DNA of 40,691 nucleotides, from positions 1 to 40,691 of the forward strand of contig JABHWQ010000358.1 of the NCBI GenBank assembly GCA_018657655.1. The letters are read 5' to 3'. This DNA comes from Chloroflexota bacterium (lineage in GTDB: Bacteria; Chloroflexota; Dehalococcoidia; SZUA-161; SpSt-899). Below the pieces are notes generated by a model. That model searched no databases. It was not told where the DNA came from and worked only from the letters and a program-made list of their open reading frames with translations. Of the stretch, positions 16,396 through 25,714 are shown piece after piece; position 1 is the first letter of the stretch; every line of letters starts with the position of its first letter. Made by a program: the position numbers and the translations under genes.

Positions 16396-17298
16396 ATGAA
16401 ATGGATCAAACAAGGATTGATAGTTCAACCACAATATGGTCTTGACTGGATGGTAACTCATGCAATGGTTCCTGTAGCCATGCACCTGCAAGATTATATT
16501 TATCGCATATACTTCTCAGGCAGAGATAAACATAATCGATCACATATTGGCTATGTTGAAATTGATATCAGAGAGCCCAGAAAAATTCTGAGGATTTCTG
16601 AACATCCCAGTCTCGGTTTGGGTGATTTAGGTTGTTTTGATGACAATGGCGTAACACCTTCATGGATTGTAGATCATAATAATAAACGATACCTGTTTTA
16701 CATCGGATGGAACATGGGATCAACCACTCGGATGGGATTGATCGCAGGGCTCGCGATTAGCTATGACGGAGGCACTTCTTTCCATAGAGTATCACGAGCA
16801 CCAATCCTTGAAAGAACTGATTCCGAACCATATTCATTGATGACCGGACCTTGTGTCATAATTGAAAATGATATCTGGCGAATGTGGTATGTTTCCGGTG
16901 TAGAATGGGCTAACAAAGATATGCCCCGATATAACATCAAGTATGCAGAATCAAAGGACGGAATCACATGGAACAGGAGTGGTCTAACTTGCATCGATTT
17001 TAAAGGGAAAGAGAATGCCCTAGCACGCCCATGCGTCCTCAAGGAAAACTCTATTTACAGGATGTGGTATTCATATAAAGGGGAGTACTATCGCATCGGT
17101 TATGCAGAATCCCCAGATGGTTTTGTATGGGAAAGAAAGGATGATGAAGTCGGTATAGACGTCTCGCCATCAAGTTGGGACTCGGAGATGATCGAATATG
17201 CATTTGTATTCGATCATAGAGATACGAAATATATGCTCTACAATGGCAATGATTATGGCACCGGTGGAATCGGTCTGGCCATTATGGAGGACGACTGA
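16396..17298 (+). CDS. five-bladed beta-propeller protein (GH32/43/68-like fold), function unknown
   Basis: 300 aa with internally repeated blade signatures: IYRIYFSG, IWRMWYVSG...IKYAESKDGITWNR, IYRMWYSY...IGYAESPDGFVWER, and KYMLYNGN. RBS AGGAG upstream. Confidence 0.5.
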   Translation: MKWIKQGLIVQPQYGLDWMVTHAMVPVAMHLQDYIYRIYFSGRDKHNRSHIGYVEIDIREPRKILRISEHPSLGLGDLGCFDDNGVTPSWIVDHNNKRYLFYIGWNMGSTTRMGLIAGLAISYDGGTSFHRVSRAPILERTDSEPYSLMTGPCVIIENDIWRMWYVSGVEWANKDMPRYNIKYAESKDGITWNRSGLTCIDFKGKENALARPCVLKENSIYRMWYSYKGEYYRIGYAESPDGFVWERKDDEVGIDVSPSSWDSEMIEYAFVFDHRDTKYMLYNGNDYGTGGIGLAIMEDD

Positions 17299-18012
17299 TT
17301 GAAACGAGTTGCAATTATGCAACCTACGTATCTCCCATGGCTTGGTTATTTTTCACTGATGGATCAGGTCGATACGTTTGTGTTCTTAGATTCGGTTCAA
17401 TTCAACAAACGCTCGTGGCAGCAGAGAAACCGAATAAAGACACCTCGAGGGGAACTGATGTTAACTGTACCAGTAAAAACCAAGGGCAGACGATACCAGA
17501 AATTGTGTGAAGTGGAAGTAGATAATGGACAAACATTTCAACACAAGCACTTGAAAGCCATGGAATACAGCTATTCCAAAGCATTCTATTTCTCCGTCTA
17601 TTGGGACGATATCCACCAAACACTGGGGCAGGATTATCGGTACCTAGTTGACTTGAACATTGCCATGATTGAGGAATTCAGAACCAAACTCGGTATTAAA
17701 GTTGAGTTACTCAGAAGTTCCTCATTGAATACTGAAGGGCGCAATGTTGAACTTCTTATAAACCTCTGCAGGTTACTCGGTGCAGACTCGTATCTGTCAC
17801 CCAAAGGTTCGAGCGTATACATCGAAGAAAATAATCTATTTCAAAAAAACGGTATCGAATTGCTATATCCAGACTACATTCATCCTCACTATCGGCAACT
17901 ATATAATAGCTTTGCACCCTATATGTCAATACTGGACCTGCTTATGAACGAGGGCGATAGGAGCCTCGATATAATAAGAATAGGACAAAACTGTATCAAT
18001 GAAAATCGTTAG
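17299..18012 (+). CDS. WbqC-family protein (uncharacterised glycan-tailoring family)
   Basis: The TTG start, preceded by GGAGGA, gives MKRVAIMQPTYLPWLGYFSLMDQVDTFVFLDSVQFNKRSWQQRNRI. This is the hallmark WbqC N-terminus. Confidence 0.75.
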   Translation: MKRVAIMQPTYLPWLGYFSLMDQVDTFVFLDSVQFNKRSWQQRNRIKTPRGELMLTVPVKTKGRRYQKLCEVEVDNGQTFQHKHLKAMEYSYSKAFYFSVYWDDIHQTLGQDYRYLVDLNIAMIEEFRTKLGIKVELLRSSSLNTEGRNVELLINLCRLLGADSYLSPKGSSVYIEENNLFQKNGIELLYPDYIHPHYRQLYNSFAPYMSILDLLMNEGDRSLDIIRIGQNCINENR

Positions 18013-19000
18013 GGCAAATTCTCTGGATTTCAATACACTCTGGAAGTGTTTGTTTGTGCAGCGTGATTTTCAACATCCACTTTATCAACCGTGTAACATC
18101 AAGTATTATGAAGCATATGTTCCTGAATCACAGTTTGAAGATTGTTCCTTTGTAGTTGAAGATAACGGATCGCCATTAGTCGGATTGCGTATGACCGCAA
18201 GTTCTACCCCTGAAGGTGATCGACAGCTTTCAGGATTCTGGCTACCTATTTTGTATTTGGAAAACAGAGATATCGAATATGCGAGATTTGGCAAATGCTA
18301 TAAGCTCGTGAAAGCCGAACTGCGCGACATCCAGAATGCCCACTCGATAACAAGAATCATTTATCAGGATTTCCTGGATGATGGGAAACTTTCATTTCTA
18401 GGAAAACACCTGCTGGACCAAGGTGGGCAAGCCACGCCCTATTTCACCCAGATAGTCGATCTATCATTGTCACATGACTCCTTACACAGTCAAATCCGCA
18501 AGAGCTACAAAAGCCTGATCAATCAGGGATCCAAAAACCTGACCATATTTGTGATAGACAATACAACAATCACACCTGAAGATATAGAGAATTTCCGGTT
18601 GTTACATCTTGAGGCATCAGGAAGAGAAACACGATCTCGGCATTCATGGCAGGTCCAGTATGAAATGGTCTGTCACAAAGAGGCATTTATCGTTTTCGGG
18701 TATCTTGAGGGAATATTGGTGACAGCTGGATTGTTTCCCTACAGTCCGAGGTGCTGTTTTTACGGAGTATCTGCTTCAAAAAGGGATTTGTTCGAAAAGC
18801 CTTTGTCACATGCGGTAATCTGGACTGCGATGCTCCACGCCAAAAAGCAGGGACTGGTGTTTTTTGAGCTTCCAGAAGTCCTCTTTCCAAATGAAGGAGA
18901 GCCTTTTCCCACTGAAAAAGAAATTGGCATTAGCACTTTCAAACGTGGTTTTGGGGGGCATACTCAAGTGAGGCTAAATATTCGCTGGCAGCTACATTAG
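17999..19000 (+). CDS. FemAB-like (tandem GNAT-fold) acyl/aminoacyl-transferase family protein
   Basis: 333 aa. Motifs: YFTQIVDLSLSHDSLHSQIRKSYKSLINQGSKN and the C-terminal GISTFKRGFGG, resembling the Fem/MurM-type pattern. 14-nt overlap with the WbqC gene. Confidence 0.55.
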   Translation: MKIVRANSLDFNTLWKCLFVQRDFQHPLYQPCNIKYYEAYVPESQFEDCSFVVEDNGSPLVGLRMTASSTPEGDRQLSGFWLPILYLENRDIEYARFGKCYKLVKAELRDIQNAHSITRIIYQDFLDDGKLSFLGKHLLDQGGQATPYFTQIVDLSLSHDSLHSQIRKSYKSLINQGSKNLTIFVIDNTTITPEDIENFRLLHLEASGRETRSRHSWQVQYEMVCHKEAFIVFGYLEGILVTAGLFPYSPRCCFYGVSASKRDLFEKPLSHAVIWTAMLHAKKQGLVFFELPEVLFPNEGEPFPTEKEIGISTFKRGFGGHTQVRLNIRWQLH

Positions 19001-19026
19001 TATGCCACTGAAAACGGATAAGAAAC

Positions 19027-20031
19027 ATGATCACCATTTATCCAACTCCTTCATCTGCGAATACCGACAGTACCCCGGTCTTTTTTGACGAGTTGAGAGA
19101 AACTATTGGATTAAACATGACACCTTTTTCATGCGGTCGCGCAGCGATGCTCTATGGCCTGCGTGCGCTTGGTTTGGGACGTATGGATCACATCCTTGTT
19201 CCGCCTTTTTTGGGTCATTGCGTCCTTTCCACAGTGTCAAAGACAGCATTCCCAACCATGACGCCAGTCAGTGCTGTAAAGGCGATTCTTGTCTATCACC
19301 AATTCGGCTATCCTCAGAAAATTGATGCCATCGAGAAGACTGCCCAGTATAATGGGTGGATAATACTAAACGATTGTGCCAATACATTCCTCACTTTGTA
19401 TAGACAGAAATCTGTTGTGGATTGGGGTGACTTTTCTGTTCTTAGTTTTTCTAAAATATATCCGTGTGTCCTCGGGGGTGCTCTTACATCACGCAATGAT
19501 CGATTATTAAACAGGATCAAAGGTGATTACACTTTCATGGCCGAACGCCATACAGCACGCGCTAATATGGCCTATTCGGTTATGGATAAGGCCTCCAAAG
19601 GACTCTTGGGAGACGATACTGGATTTGAAGTTGATGCTGTGTACGGTTATTTGCCAGAAGTTGTGGCGTTCCCCATAGAAGCATTCCGTGCATTGCCAGA
19701 TACCCGGCAAGAAATTAAAAAGGATGCTAATCATCGCAAAAGATTACTCGCCATAGTCACTTCATACTTTCCCGAAAGAGTTCCAGAGTGCTCTGAGTGT
19801 GAGGTGATCCCTTTCGCCATCCCGATTGCCAGCGATCCGTCACAAATGGAATCCATATCTGAAAGAATTCAGCGGCAAATGGATGTTGAAGTTCCAATCC
19901 TGCATTTTGATTTCGCCCGAAATATGCTAGAGCCTGACTATCGAAAAGCGCTGGTAATCGGTTGCCATGTGGGCTGGAATGAAGACATGGTTACCAGTAT
20001 TTGTGAAATCATGCGAGAGAGTATGCCATGA
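19027..20031 (+). CDS. divergent DegT/DnrJ/EryC1-like PLP-dependent enzyme (fold type I)
   Basis: 334 aa. SCGRAAMLYGLRALGLGRMDHILVPPF, ILNDCANTF (Asp region) and GDFSVLSFSKIYPCVLGGAL (candidate PLP Lys) follow the DegT order but are strongly diverged. Confidence 0.6.
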   Translation: MITIYPTPSSANTDSTPVFFDELRETIGLNMTPFSCGRAAMLYGLRALGLGRMDHILVPPFLGHCVLSTVSKTAFPTMTPVSAVKAILVYHQFGYPQKIDAIEKTAQYNGWIILNDCANTFLTLYRQKSVVDWGDFSVLSFSKIYPCVLGGALTSRNDRLLNRIKGDYTFMAERHTARANMAYSVMDKASKGLLGDDTGFEVDAVYGYLPEVVAFPIEAFRALPDTRQEIKKDANHRKRLLAIVTSYFPERVPECSECEVIPFAIPIASDPSQMESISERIQRQMDVEVPILHFDFARNMLEPDYRKALVIGCHVGWNEDMVTSICEIMRESMP

Positions 20032-21197
20032 ATCAATATGAAGTCTTTGTTGAAAGTGGTGAAATCAACCGAGAGGAAATTGTAGATTTTCTTTCACGGA
20101 TATATGGGCCCAATTACCATGATGCCCGCATAGTGCAAGGGACAACGATTGACAAGGAGCCCAGCACTAAACCAGAAAACTTCATACTTGCGCGTTCGAT
20201 GGGGGGAGAACTGATAGGAATCGTGCGTATTGTCGAGCGAACCATACTTGTCGATGGGATAGGTCTCAGTTGTGGTGGCATCTCCTCAGTTAGCGTGCAT
20301 CCGCAATGGAGAAACCAAAATGTGGCATCGGATTTGATGAACAAAGCCATAGAAGCTATGATTTCTCGCAATATGGACCTGTCAATTCTTCACGGAAGAC
20401 GTGCTGTCGATGGGTTGTACCTCCCATTCGGTTACTATGGGATTGGCCGTTATATCGATTTGGAAATCATCTCATCACCTCCCTCCCGAGAAACTGCCTT
20501 ACATGTGGTCCCGTTTGAAGAAGACCACCTCCAAACATGTATGCAACTCTACAATACTACTTACCAGAACCTGAGCGGATCATTTGTTAGAGATCAGCTT
20601 GTTTGGAGGTTCCTGCTGGCACGCACGGAAGTTAGTGGCGGTATGACTCGCGTAATGACGTGTATGTCGGATAATAATCCCGTTGGGTATCTTGTCTTAT
20701 CCGGGGAGAAATTAGTTGAGATTGCCATACCAGCAGAGTATTTCGCTTCTGTACCAAATTTGCTCTACACCCTAAACATCCAGTCAATTTCTGTGCATCC
20801 GCGCCACCCTCTGTATATCTTCTTGCGGGCAAACATGAACACGATGCAACGAGAAAGGTTTGCCCTTGATGGAGGATATATGGCCAGATTCTTGAATCCG
20901 GGGAAATTACTCAACAAACTAGCCCCAGTTCTTGCAGACAGAGCAAAAGCCGTGGGAGTATCTGACGATGTAATTCGGATACTGAATCATGAAATACACT
21001 TAGGCAACGGGCAAGTCTCAAAGACTCAGGAAAGAGACGATATCACATTTGACAAGATCGAAACCGCAATTCAATTGGTGCTGGGAGTAATTCAACCTGA
21101 AGACATTCTGGGTATACACTGGACGAGCAAAAACCCAAGGATCACCCATCTGTTTCCAAACCTTCACTATCACACCAGCGCCTGGGATGAGGTTTAA
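20028..21197 (+). CDS. GNAT acetyltransferase with long C-terminal extension (Eis-like architecture)
   Basis: 389 aa. GNAT motif A-like ISSVSVHPQWRNQNVASDLMNKAIEAM, followed by a ~230-aa extension as in Eis-type enzymes. ATGA overlap with the upstream gene. Confidence 0.6.
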   Translation: MNQYEVFVESGEINREEIVDFLSRIYGPNYHDARIVQGTTIDKEPSTKPENFILARSMGGELIGIVRIVERTILVDGIGLSCGGISSVSVHPQWRNQNVASDLMNKAIEAMISRNMDLSILHGRRAVDGLYLPFGYYGIGRYIDLEIISSPPSRETALHVVPFEEDHLQTCMQLYNTTYQNLSGSFVRDQLVWRFLLARTEVSGGMTRVMTCMSDNNPVGYLVLSGEKLVEIAIPAEYFASVPNLLYTLNIQSISVHPRHPLYIFLRANMNTMQRERFALDGGYMARFLNPGKLLNKLAPVLADRAKAVGVSDDVIRILNHEIHLGNGQVSKTQERDDITFDKIETAIQLVLGVIQPEDILGIHWTSKNPRITHLFPNLHYHTSAWDEV

Positions 21198-21203
21198 CTT
21201 TAC

Positions 21204-23171
21204 ATGCCGCTCAAGTTATCAAAACCAGGCGAAATTCGTTATAGGTGTGTTGTTTTTGAGACATTCGACCATGCTAACAAGAGTCTGGTGAAAAAATACA
21301 CTGACAACTCAGTGTCTGTTTTTGCCATCGAACCTTGCGTTGCTTACCATAGAATCAAAGGAGACATCACAGGATTCCCCAACGATTTTCCAGACTATGC
21401 ACAACAGCTTATTGATAAAGGGGCAATTCAATTGTTACTCGCATCCTCATTTGACGGAAAGTCGATTTATGCACAAGCATTGGACAAAGCCGTCGATGTC
21501 ATCGAGCCAGTCTTTCCGGTATACAAGGAAAATCATAAACAACTCATTAAATATGTTTGTAATACCTTGAATTCCCCCGACGCTGAAAAGGCATTTAAGA
21601 AATCCTTGTGTGAAAGATTAGCAACTTTCTATTCAATTAACATCCTTTTGCATCGGCTTAACAAACTACTTGGATATGGTCCGATTCTGACATATCCAGA
21701 TGCGAATATCAGATCATATATAGCCCTCAAAAAGCTACTGCTACAAAGTGAACAAGAGGTTTTTGAACACGATGACATTCAATTACCGACACGCATCCAT
21801 ATCTCCAGCTTCTGTGAAAATCTAAAAAGGAATCTAATCATCAATGCTCAATTATTGGCTCAAACCTCACTCAGCGTACTTTTAGGCTGGAAAAAGAATT
21901 CCTCAAGAAAAAGTATCCAACAATATACCTATGGCATAACGATAGTTGGCTCTCGGCAATTAGAAGATAATCGTCGTGGACCTGATTTTATTATTGATGA
22001 TAAGAAAATCGCGGGACGAAGTGTTGTCTATTTTCCTCGCTTTGATTTGACTACAGATCAGATCAAACGAGTGTCGGATATGCCAGGTACTATTTGGAAT
22101 CTACCGAAAGCCAAAAAATTCTTTTCTCATCCTGGCAAATGGAAACATCTTCTTTGGCTTTCGGTACGTCGCAACTTTGTGCGAAACGCTGAAGAAATGA
22201 ACATTGCTTCGGAGGCAGTTTTCCACTATTTTTGTTGGCTAAAAGTGTTAAATAGCATCAACATTCGCCATTTCATCACTCATGGTGATTTTGGAACAAG
22301 TCATATTGGACGCAATATTGCCTTAAAACAAGCTGGAATACAAACATGGTATTTCACGGATAGCATGAATTGCGGCAGTAATATGCAAGAAAAGGGTAAC
22401 AGAATGCGTCACCCCTTCTGGACATACTTGCATTACGACCGATTTGTTACTTGGAATACCCTTCTCGCGGAGTACTTCAGGTCTCATCCAGGTTCTTTTC
22501 AGAAAGCCGATATAGTAGGATGCCTTTGGAGTGACCATATAGTAAAAGGATTTCATGAAAAGAACCAAGCAAACATCCCCAGCCCAAAAACCACAGATCC
22601 CCTTTTCTTTATCGTGGTATTTGATACTACCTATTCAAGAAATGGCTTGGTCTCATATGCTGAAGGCATAGCTTTTGCCGAACATATTATTGACTTGGCC
22701 AATGAAAAACAAGGCATCCATGTTATCCTGAAAGAAAAAAAACACCGTAGTATCCATCGCATACTGGACCCAAAGCTCGGACCAGAGTTGCTCAGTTTGT
22801 ATAATAAAATGGATGCCCACCCCAAAATAACAGTCTATTTAAATGAGTCTGATGCGTCCGAATTGATTTCTATTTCAGATATGGTGATCTCATCCCCTTT
22901 CACCTCAACAACCTTTGAAACCTTGAGCGCTAACAAACCAGCTATCTGGCATGATCCAATGGGACTCTACAAACACACACCATATGGAATGGTCGGTGGG
23001 ATAACAACTCACAGCTATATTGAACTGAAGAAAAAAATGCTGGAAATAATGGAAATGAACTCTCCCCATTATAAAAACCCTTTGCCACCGGATTCCTCAT
23101 TAATAGACCCATATCGAGATGGGAAAGCAATCGATCGATTTAGGGACCTTCTTACGTATGAACAGGGTTAA
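21204..23171 (+). CDS. large 'PFTS-motif' polysaccharide biosynthesis protein; C-terminal GT-B/TagF-like domain (putative glycosyl- or glycosylphosphotransferase)
   Basis: 655 aa. The C-terminal ~160 aa read HVILKEKKH...AHPK...ASELISISDMVISSPFTSTTFETLSANKPAIW. This contains a literal PFTS motif and the nucleotide-sugar-binding half of a GT-B fold. The N-terminal ~450 aa have no motif I recognise. Confidence 0.55.
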   Translation: MPLKLSKPGEIRYRCVVFETFDHANKSLVKKYTDNSVSVFAIEPCVAYHRIKGDITGFPNDFPDYAQQLIDKGAIQLLLASSFDGKSIYAQALDKAVDVIEPVFPVYKENHKQLIKYVCNTLNSPDAEKAFKKSLCERLATFYSINILLHRLNKLLGYGPILTYPDANIRSYIALKKLLLQSEQEVFEHDDIQLPTRIHISSFCENLKRNLIINAQLLAQTSLSVLLGWKKNSSRKSIQQYTYGITIVGSRQLEDNRRGPDFIIDDKKIAGRSVVYFPRFDLTTDQIKRVSDMPGTIWNLPKAKKFFSHPGKWKHLLWLSVRRNFVRNAEEMNIASEAVFHYFCWLKVLNSINIRHFITHGDFGTSHIGRNIALKQAGIQTWYFTDSMNCGSNMQEKGNRMRHPFWTYLHYDRFVTWNTLLAEYFRSHPGSFQKADIVGCLWSDHIVKGFHEKNQANIPSPKTTDPLFFIVVFDTTYSRNGLVSYAEGIAFAEHIIDLANEKQGIHVILKEKKHRSIHRILDPKLGPELLSLYNKMDAHPKITVYLNESDASELISISDMVISSPFTSTTFETLSANKPAIWHDPMGLYKHTPYGMVGGITTHSYIELKKKMLEIMEMNSPHYKNPLPPDSSLIDPYRDGKAIDRFRDLLTYEQG

Positions 23172-23226
23172 CTAATGCTACCAACGGGAAATGCGGCGAT
23201 TCTCGGAAAGCTCACATATTTTTTAA

Positions 23227-24066
23227 GACAACCGTGCTATTGTTAATGATGAGACACTTGGAGGCTGCTTATCCAATTTGTGTCCTAGTAAAAGTCAGTT
23301 TCATAGCTGTCTATCTATATATGGGCACAAGGATCGATGTTATCACCCGGGAAAATCTGGGCATAATAACCGGTTTCTTAAGAAGACCACAGGATATTGC
23401 TCGCCCATAGTTCAAACCGCCAATATTATGTTATATAATGACGTGATCGGTGGTTTTGAAAATTGGCTGGTGGATAAAATATGAAAGCTATACTGTCACT
23501 GAGTGATTCAAAGCTGCAACGTTTTTTGATGGGTCGCACACAACATATTGGCTATATCTATATGGGGCAAAAGAATGGAGGAATTCCCACAGATAGTCAT
23601 AATTTTGAAAGAAAAGAGGTCTGCGGAGCAGACTCTGGCACTATACCAACGTTTTGGTGGGAGTACAGAGATTTATTATGATGCATATAAACCAGCATTA
23701 GACGAGTTAAGAAGACATCCTCGTTGCTATGTACCTGGATACAAGTGTGATTCGTCCGAAGTTATCGCTATGAGTCATTTGACTGTTTCAAGGGCTTTCA
23801 ACTCTCCTGCCGTTGAAGCTTTAAGTGCCAGAAAACGGGCGATATATTTTGACGCCTGTGGGCATTGGCGAGGTTGTATATATGATAACATTCCGGGGTT
23901 TGTGGTGCATGATTACGAGGAACTTAGGGTTCAGGTGCAAAAGTTACTCTATGATACAACCGATGCGGAATATAATCCGTTCTTGGAAACCCATATAAGA
24001 AACACGATTGACACTTACTTGGATGGCCGCGCAATAGCCCATTTTCGGCAGCTCCCTAGTGAATGA
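23227..24066 (+). pseudogene. decayed, 5'-truncated paralogue of the upstream PFTS-motif gene (intact C-terminal piece 23548/23575..24066)
   Basis: The 172-aa ORF aligns by eye with the last ~155 aa of the 21204..23171 product: IVIILKEK / IHVILKEK, RRHPR / DAHPK, SSEVIAMSHLTVSRAFNSPAVEALSARKRAIYFD / ASELISISDMVISSPFTSTTFETLSANKPAIWHD, and DTYLDGRAIAHFRQL / DPYRDGKAIDRFRDLL. The same frame stays open upstream to 23227 except for three in-frame TGA codons (23482, 23500, 23527). Similarity in that upstream part (YHPGKS vs SHPGSF) is only tentative. Confidence 0.45.
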
Positions 24067-24069
24067 TTT

Positions 24070-25698
24070 ATGAAAACAATTTTGTACTATGTGCAAGGAC
24101 CGGTACATCTCCGCAATCTTGGTTTAATTGCGAATGAGATGCCGGGTTGGAAATTCCGTATGGTCTACGAAGCGGGAGTCTCACACTTTGATTCAAAGGT
24201 ACTATCTGATTTACCTTTCGAGAAGGTGCCCTTAAAAAAGGATAGAATCCCCCCAGAAGTATGGGACGGGAATGTTCGAGCCATCATCTTTTCAGCTATC
24301 CAACCGCGTCAGGGTCCTCTTAATCTTATAAAATCCGCATTGTTACGCCAAATTCCTATGGTTGCTATTGAGGAATCAAATCAAATTGCCTTAAATCTCG
24401 GTATTTCTTCGAATAACAATTATTTAGCCCCCACAGAACATGTGCTAGTAGCATCGCAAATCGAGCGTGATTATCTAGTTGACATGGGAGTTCCTGGACA
24501 TCGAGTAAAATGTACTGGTTGGCCATTCTATACAGGCCCAACCGGGAAAACCAATCAGACTGAAAAACGTCATATGAAGGAACGTTTTGGCCTTGATCCA
24601 GACCGCCCTGTTGCCGCATTGGCATTGACAGCATATGGCGATTCTGGAGAAAACCATGAAAAGCGCCGGCAACAACTATATTTGGTCGCACAAGGGATGC
24701 CGGACGAGTACCAGTTGGTAGTTAAAGCGCATCCAATAGAGAATTTGAGCACTGTGACGCCAATTGTACAGAGCATTATACCCAAAGCAACTGTGCTCGA
24801 AAGCAATGTTCCTATCGCAGATTTAATCACTGCTTCCGACGTCCTGATCAATAGAGGGGTTTCTCAGGCAGGAATAGAATCACTTCTACAGGGAGTTCCA
24901 GTAGTCGTTCTATCAATTGGGCACTGGACACCGTTCCATGAGGATGCTCCCGATGTGGTGGTACAAAACGGGGAAGAACTTAACAGAGCCTTGGTAAGGT
25001 TGATAACGGAAAGTAACCCCATGCATGCTTATGACAATTTCTTAAAAAGGCATGTTCCTTATTCCCCAACAGAAGCAAGACGTTTTACATGCCAGTCCAT
25101 TGATGAGATTGCAACGAGAGGTTTGTTGGATCCAAATCCCAAAGAACAATGGCTCGATTTGGCTCTGTTTCAAGCTTGGAAATTAAAAGCAAATATCGCA
25201 CTTGAATCCCTGAAATTATGTTCAAACAGCGGGTACAGCAGCATATCTCAATCATTGAGTGATCTTGTGCAATGCCGCGCCAGCCGGCACCAATTGCATG
25301 AATTGCGACATTGGTCACAGGGAACTTTCCGGGAAGAAATTCTACGTTCTCTATGGATTTCTCAGTTTTATCAAACGAAAAGCGACATTAGTGAAGAGGA
25401 CTTGGTATGGATGGATACTTATCCCCCTCAAAAGAACACTCCTCTTCACTTTGACTGCGTTTGGCGCTGGATTGATGTTCTGATTCGATCAGGTTATTAT
25501 GATAGGGCGGAGCAATTGGCTCAGAAGATGCACCATGAATATAGTTACAATCCGATTATGCATAGCCTTCCGTTTTGGATTGAGCGCTACAGAGCAAATC
25601 GATACGGCCGTATCCAATATAAAATGTGGCTGAGATGGATGCAAATTCGTCCCAGGCTATCACAACTCCATGTACAATTGAAGGAGCTGCGGGCCTAG
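24070..25698 (+). CDS. GT-B fold (TagF/KpsS/sialyltransferase-like) putative transferase with Trp-rich helical C-terminal extension
   Basis: 542 aa. Motif LVVKAHPIEN...IADLITASDVLINRGVSQAGIESLLQGVPVVVL (K-x-HP plus the S/T loop of CMP/CDP-donor GT-B enzymes). The last ~180 aa are helical and W/R-rich. Confidence 0.5.
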   Translation: MKTILYYVQGPVHLRNLGLIANEMPGWKFRMVYEAGVSHFDSKVLSDLPFEKVPLKKDRIPPEVWDGNVRAIIFSAIQPRQGPLNLIKSALLRQIPMVAIEESNQIALNLGISSNNNYLAPTEHVLVASQIERDYLVDMGVPGHRVKCTGWPFYTGPTGKTNQTEKRHMKERFGLDPDRPVAALALTAYGDSGENHEKRRQQLYLVAQGMPDEYQLVVKAHPIENLSTVTPIVQSIIPKATVLESNVPIADLITASDVLINRGVSQAGIESLLQGVPVVVLSIGHWTPFHEDAPDVVVQNGEELNRALVRLITESNPMHAYDNFLKRHVPYSPTEARRFTCQSIDEIATRGLLDPNPKEQWLDLALFQAWKLKANIALESLKLCSNSGYSSISQSLSDLVQCRASRHQLHELRHWSQGTFREEILRSLWISQFYQTKSDISEEDLVWMDTYPPQKNTPLHFDCVWRWIDVLIRSGYYDRAEQLAQKMHHEYSYNPIMHSLPFWIERYRANRYGRIQYKMWLRWMQIRPRLSQLHVQLKELRA

Positions 25699-25714
25699 AC
25701 TGCTAATACTTTTC

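Noticed and set aside
23482-23529. Three clustered in-frame TGA codons as a sign of an alternative genetic code or programmed read-through/selenocysteine.
   Set aside because: TGA is used as the genuine stop of many well-defined genes in this same window, including the ATGA-coupled junctions at 6519, 9583, 13834, 20031 and 28736. No SECIS-like hairpin follows the codons. Pseudogene decay is the simpler explanation.
23278-23681. ORFs 23278..23484 (68 aa) and 23481..23681 (66 aa) as independent small genes.
   Set aside because: The first is simply the open stretch of the decayed paralogue's frame upstream of its first TGA. The second is an out-of-frame overlap with the conserved C-terminal fragment. 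Neither has an RBS or motifs.
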